From: Octopus vulgaris
Lineage: Eukaryota
DNA: 64,000 bases
Assembly (NCBI GenBank): GCA_951406725.2
Contig: OX597827.1
Coordinates: 19,158,001 to 19,222,000 of the forward strand
Reading direction: 5' to 3'
Made by a program: the position numbers and the translations under genes. The notes under the pieces were generated by a model, which made no database searches, was not told the origin of the DNA, and saw only the letters and a program-made list of their open reading frames with translations. Shown here piece by piece: positions 61,990 to 64,000 of the stretch (positions within the stretch are counted from its first letter, which is position 1; each line of letters starts with the position of its first letter).

Positions 61990-62207
61990 ATACTGGTTTT
62001 AAAAGTCTGGAACAAAGTCAGTAACTTTAAGAGAGGGACAAGTCGATTAGATCGACCTCAGTGCTAAACTTGTACTTATTGTATTGACTCGAACGGATGA
62101 AAGGTAACGTCGACTTCAGCCGCATTTGAACTCAGAACGTAAAGACGGACGAAAAGCGGCTAAACATTTTGCCCGGCGAGCTAATGATTCTGCTAGTTCT
62201 CCGCCTT
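61990..62207 (-). mobile_element. Degenerate SINE family B
   Basis: Core and head recognisable. Confidence 0.7.
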
Positions 62208-62285
62208 AATAAGGTGTTACATATTACAGGATAAAAATAGTTCTTTACAGCTGTTTCAAAAATGAGGAGAATTGGTGACATTATA

Positions 62286-63700
62286 TCTCTTATTATAAAA
62301 GGCAGATTTTATCTGCCTCCCTTTGTCTCTTATAGAAATCTACAATATAGGATTTCTTCAATTACAATTTACCTAGCATTTTTAAGAGTAGAATGCATCG
62401 GGTCGTGCCAGGTCCGGTTTTTAAAATTTCAACCCCAATTAAGTAAAATTTAGAGAAAACTCACATTGTGGTGTGTAAGTGAAGTGCTTTTCTTAGTGTG
62501 GGCTACAGCACACACACACGCACACACACAAAAACGGAGCGATCTGCTTCACTCACGCTATCACCCTAATTTCTCCCACTTTCTCTTTGCAAGTGTACCT
62601 TAAACCACTACTAAAAAAAAAACACAGCAAACAGAAACAAATAAATACATAACGATTTACTCCTCACACAATTTCTTCAATTAGAGTTTACCTATGATTT
62701 TTCAAAGTACTTCCATTCGGTCATGCCATACAAAATTTCTTTCAATTTCACCCCCAATTAAGACAAAATTCGAGAAAACTCAATATTTTAGCATTTCACT
62801 CCGAAAGCATTGATGTACATGTGTGCGTGCGTGAGTGTGTATGTGTGTGTGTGTTTGATGGGATGTGCGACACAGAAAGTGTGGTGTGTAAGTGAAGTGC
62901 TTTTGTTAGTGTGTGTAAAGAGACAGAGAGAGTACACATACCTACGTACACCTAAAGCACGCACACACACACACAAGCGGAGCGCGAACTTCAAAAGAAA
63001 TTCGCGCGCTATCTATCTGGTTTGCCATTCCTCACACACACGCATACACATACATATATGACAGTGACAAACACAAACGTTTCAAACAACTACATACAAA
63101 CACGTGTGTGTTTGTTATTAGTAAAAAAGGCGCCAAACACAACTCACTTCTCATTCGAACACATTTGCAAAAACACACCGACGGTCGAATTGCCATAACA
63201 ATACAGAAAAGGTAAATTGGTTTTTAATTTACTTTCTGTCGTTAAATTTTGGTAGTATTAATTGGCGAGCGTACTTCTGTTGTCAATTGTTGACAGAAAG
63301 AAATTGTAAGCTAATAAGGTGTGTGTGTGTGTGTGTGTAGGAAGTGAAGGATTAAAATATTGCAAGAAGTGGACAGATGTACATATATACATCCATACAT
63401 ACATGTGTGTGTGTGTCTATGTATGTGTATTAATGTGTGTGTGTTATCTCTTATTATAAAAGGCAGATTTTATCTGCCTCCCTTTGGGAGTTATACAAAT
63501 CTACAATATAGGATTTCTTCAATTACAATTTACCTTGCATTTTTAAGAGTACAATGCATCGCGTCATGCCAGGTCCAGTTTTTAAAATTTAAACTCCAGT
63601 TAAGCAAAATTTACAGAAAACTCACATTCTGGTGTGTGTGTCAAATGCTTTTCTTAGTCTGGTTTACACCACACGCAAACGCACACACACAGTGGGCAAC
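62286..63700 (+). mobile_element. Two related Helitron-like 5' segments (starts at 62286 and 63447)
   Basis: Both begin A|TCTCTTATTATAAAAGGCAG and share about 240 bp; no 3' hairpin-CTAG seen. Confidence 0.5.
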
Positions 63701-64000
63701 GAATAAAATGAAAGTAATTGACTTACTGTAGTGAGTGATTCTTTCACTCTGCCTCCCACTTCCTCTTTCCACACAGACACGCAAATATATAAATAAAATT
63801 GTAAGCTAACGTGCGTGTGTGTGAGTGGGTGGGTGTGGGTGTGCGCGTCTGTGTGTGTGTGAGGGTGCGTGTGTGTGTGTGTGTGTGTGCGTGTGCGTGA
63901 GTGTGTGACAGGAAAGTTTTTTTTTACGACGAATATAAAACCTATATCCAAGTAGCAGAAAGATAAGACAGTAAGGTGTGATTTGAGGGAGATTTGGCTG

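Overview
AT-rich, microsatellite-saturated eukaryotic non-coding DNA, most likely an octopus intergenic or intronic region (inferred from the tRNA-derived SINE types, the mix of LINE clades and the microsatellite density). I found no convincing host gene exon; nearly all ORFs in the track are translated microsatellites or antisense frames of transposons. The window is a nested mobile-element landscape. It holds three L1/Tx1-clade LINE copies (one near full length, lying between (GATA)n tracts), CR1, RTE and R4/Dong LINE remnants, and a gag-only Gypsy LTR element. It also holds mariner and hAT remnants, a MITE family with 8-bp TSDs that carries telomeric repeats, non-autonomous Helitrons, Penelope-like fragments and at least three tRNA-derived SINE families. 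The most interesting observations are: (1) a SINE whose 3' stem-loop tail matches the Tx1 LINE 3' end, with compensatory stem changes; (2) head-[core-tail1]n-core-tail2 SINE arrays suggesting self-targeted insertion; (3) a Helitron that captured a piece of the LINE 5' region; (4) a candidate HDV-like ribozyme in a short RTE-derived element and a minimal hammerhead in a Penelope-like fragment; (5) a perfect 48-bp hairpin inside an old SINE. All calls are by eye; no alignment, folding or database search was run.
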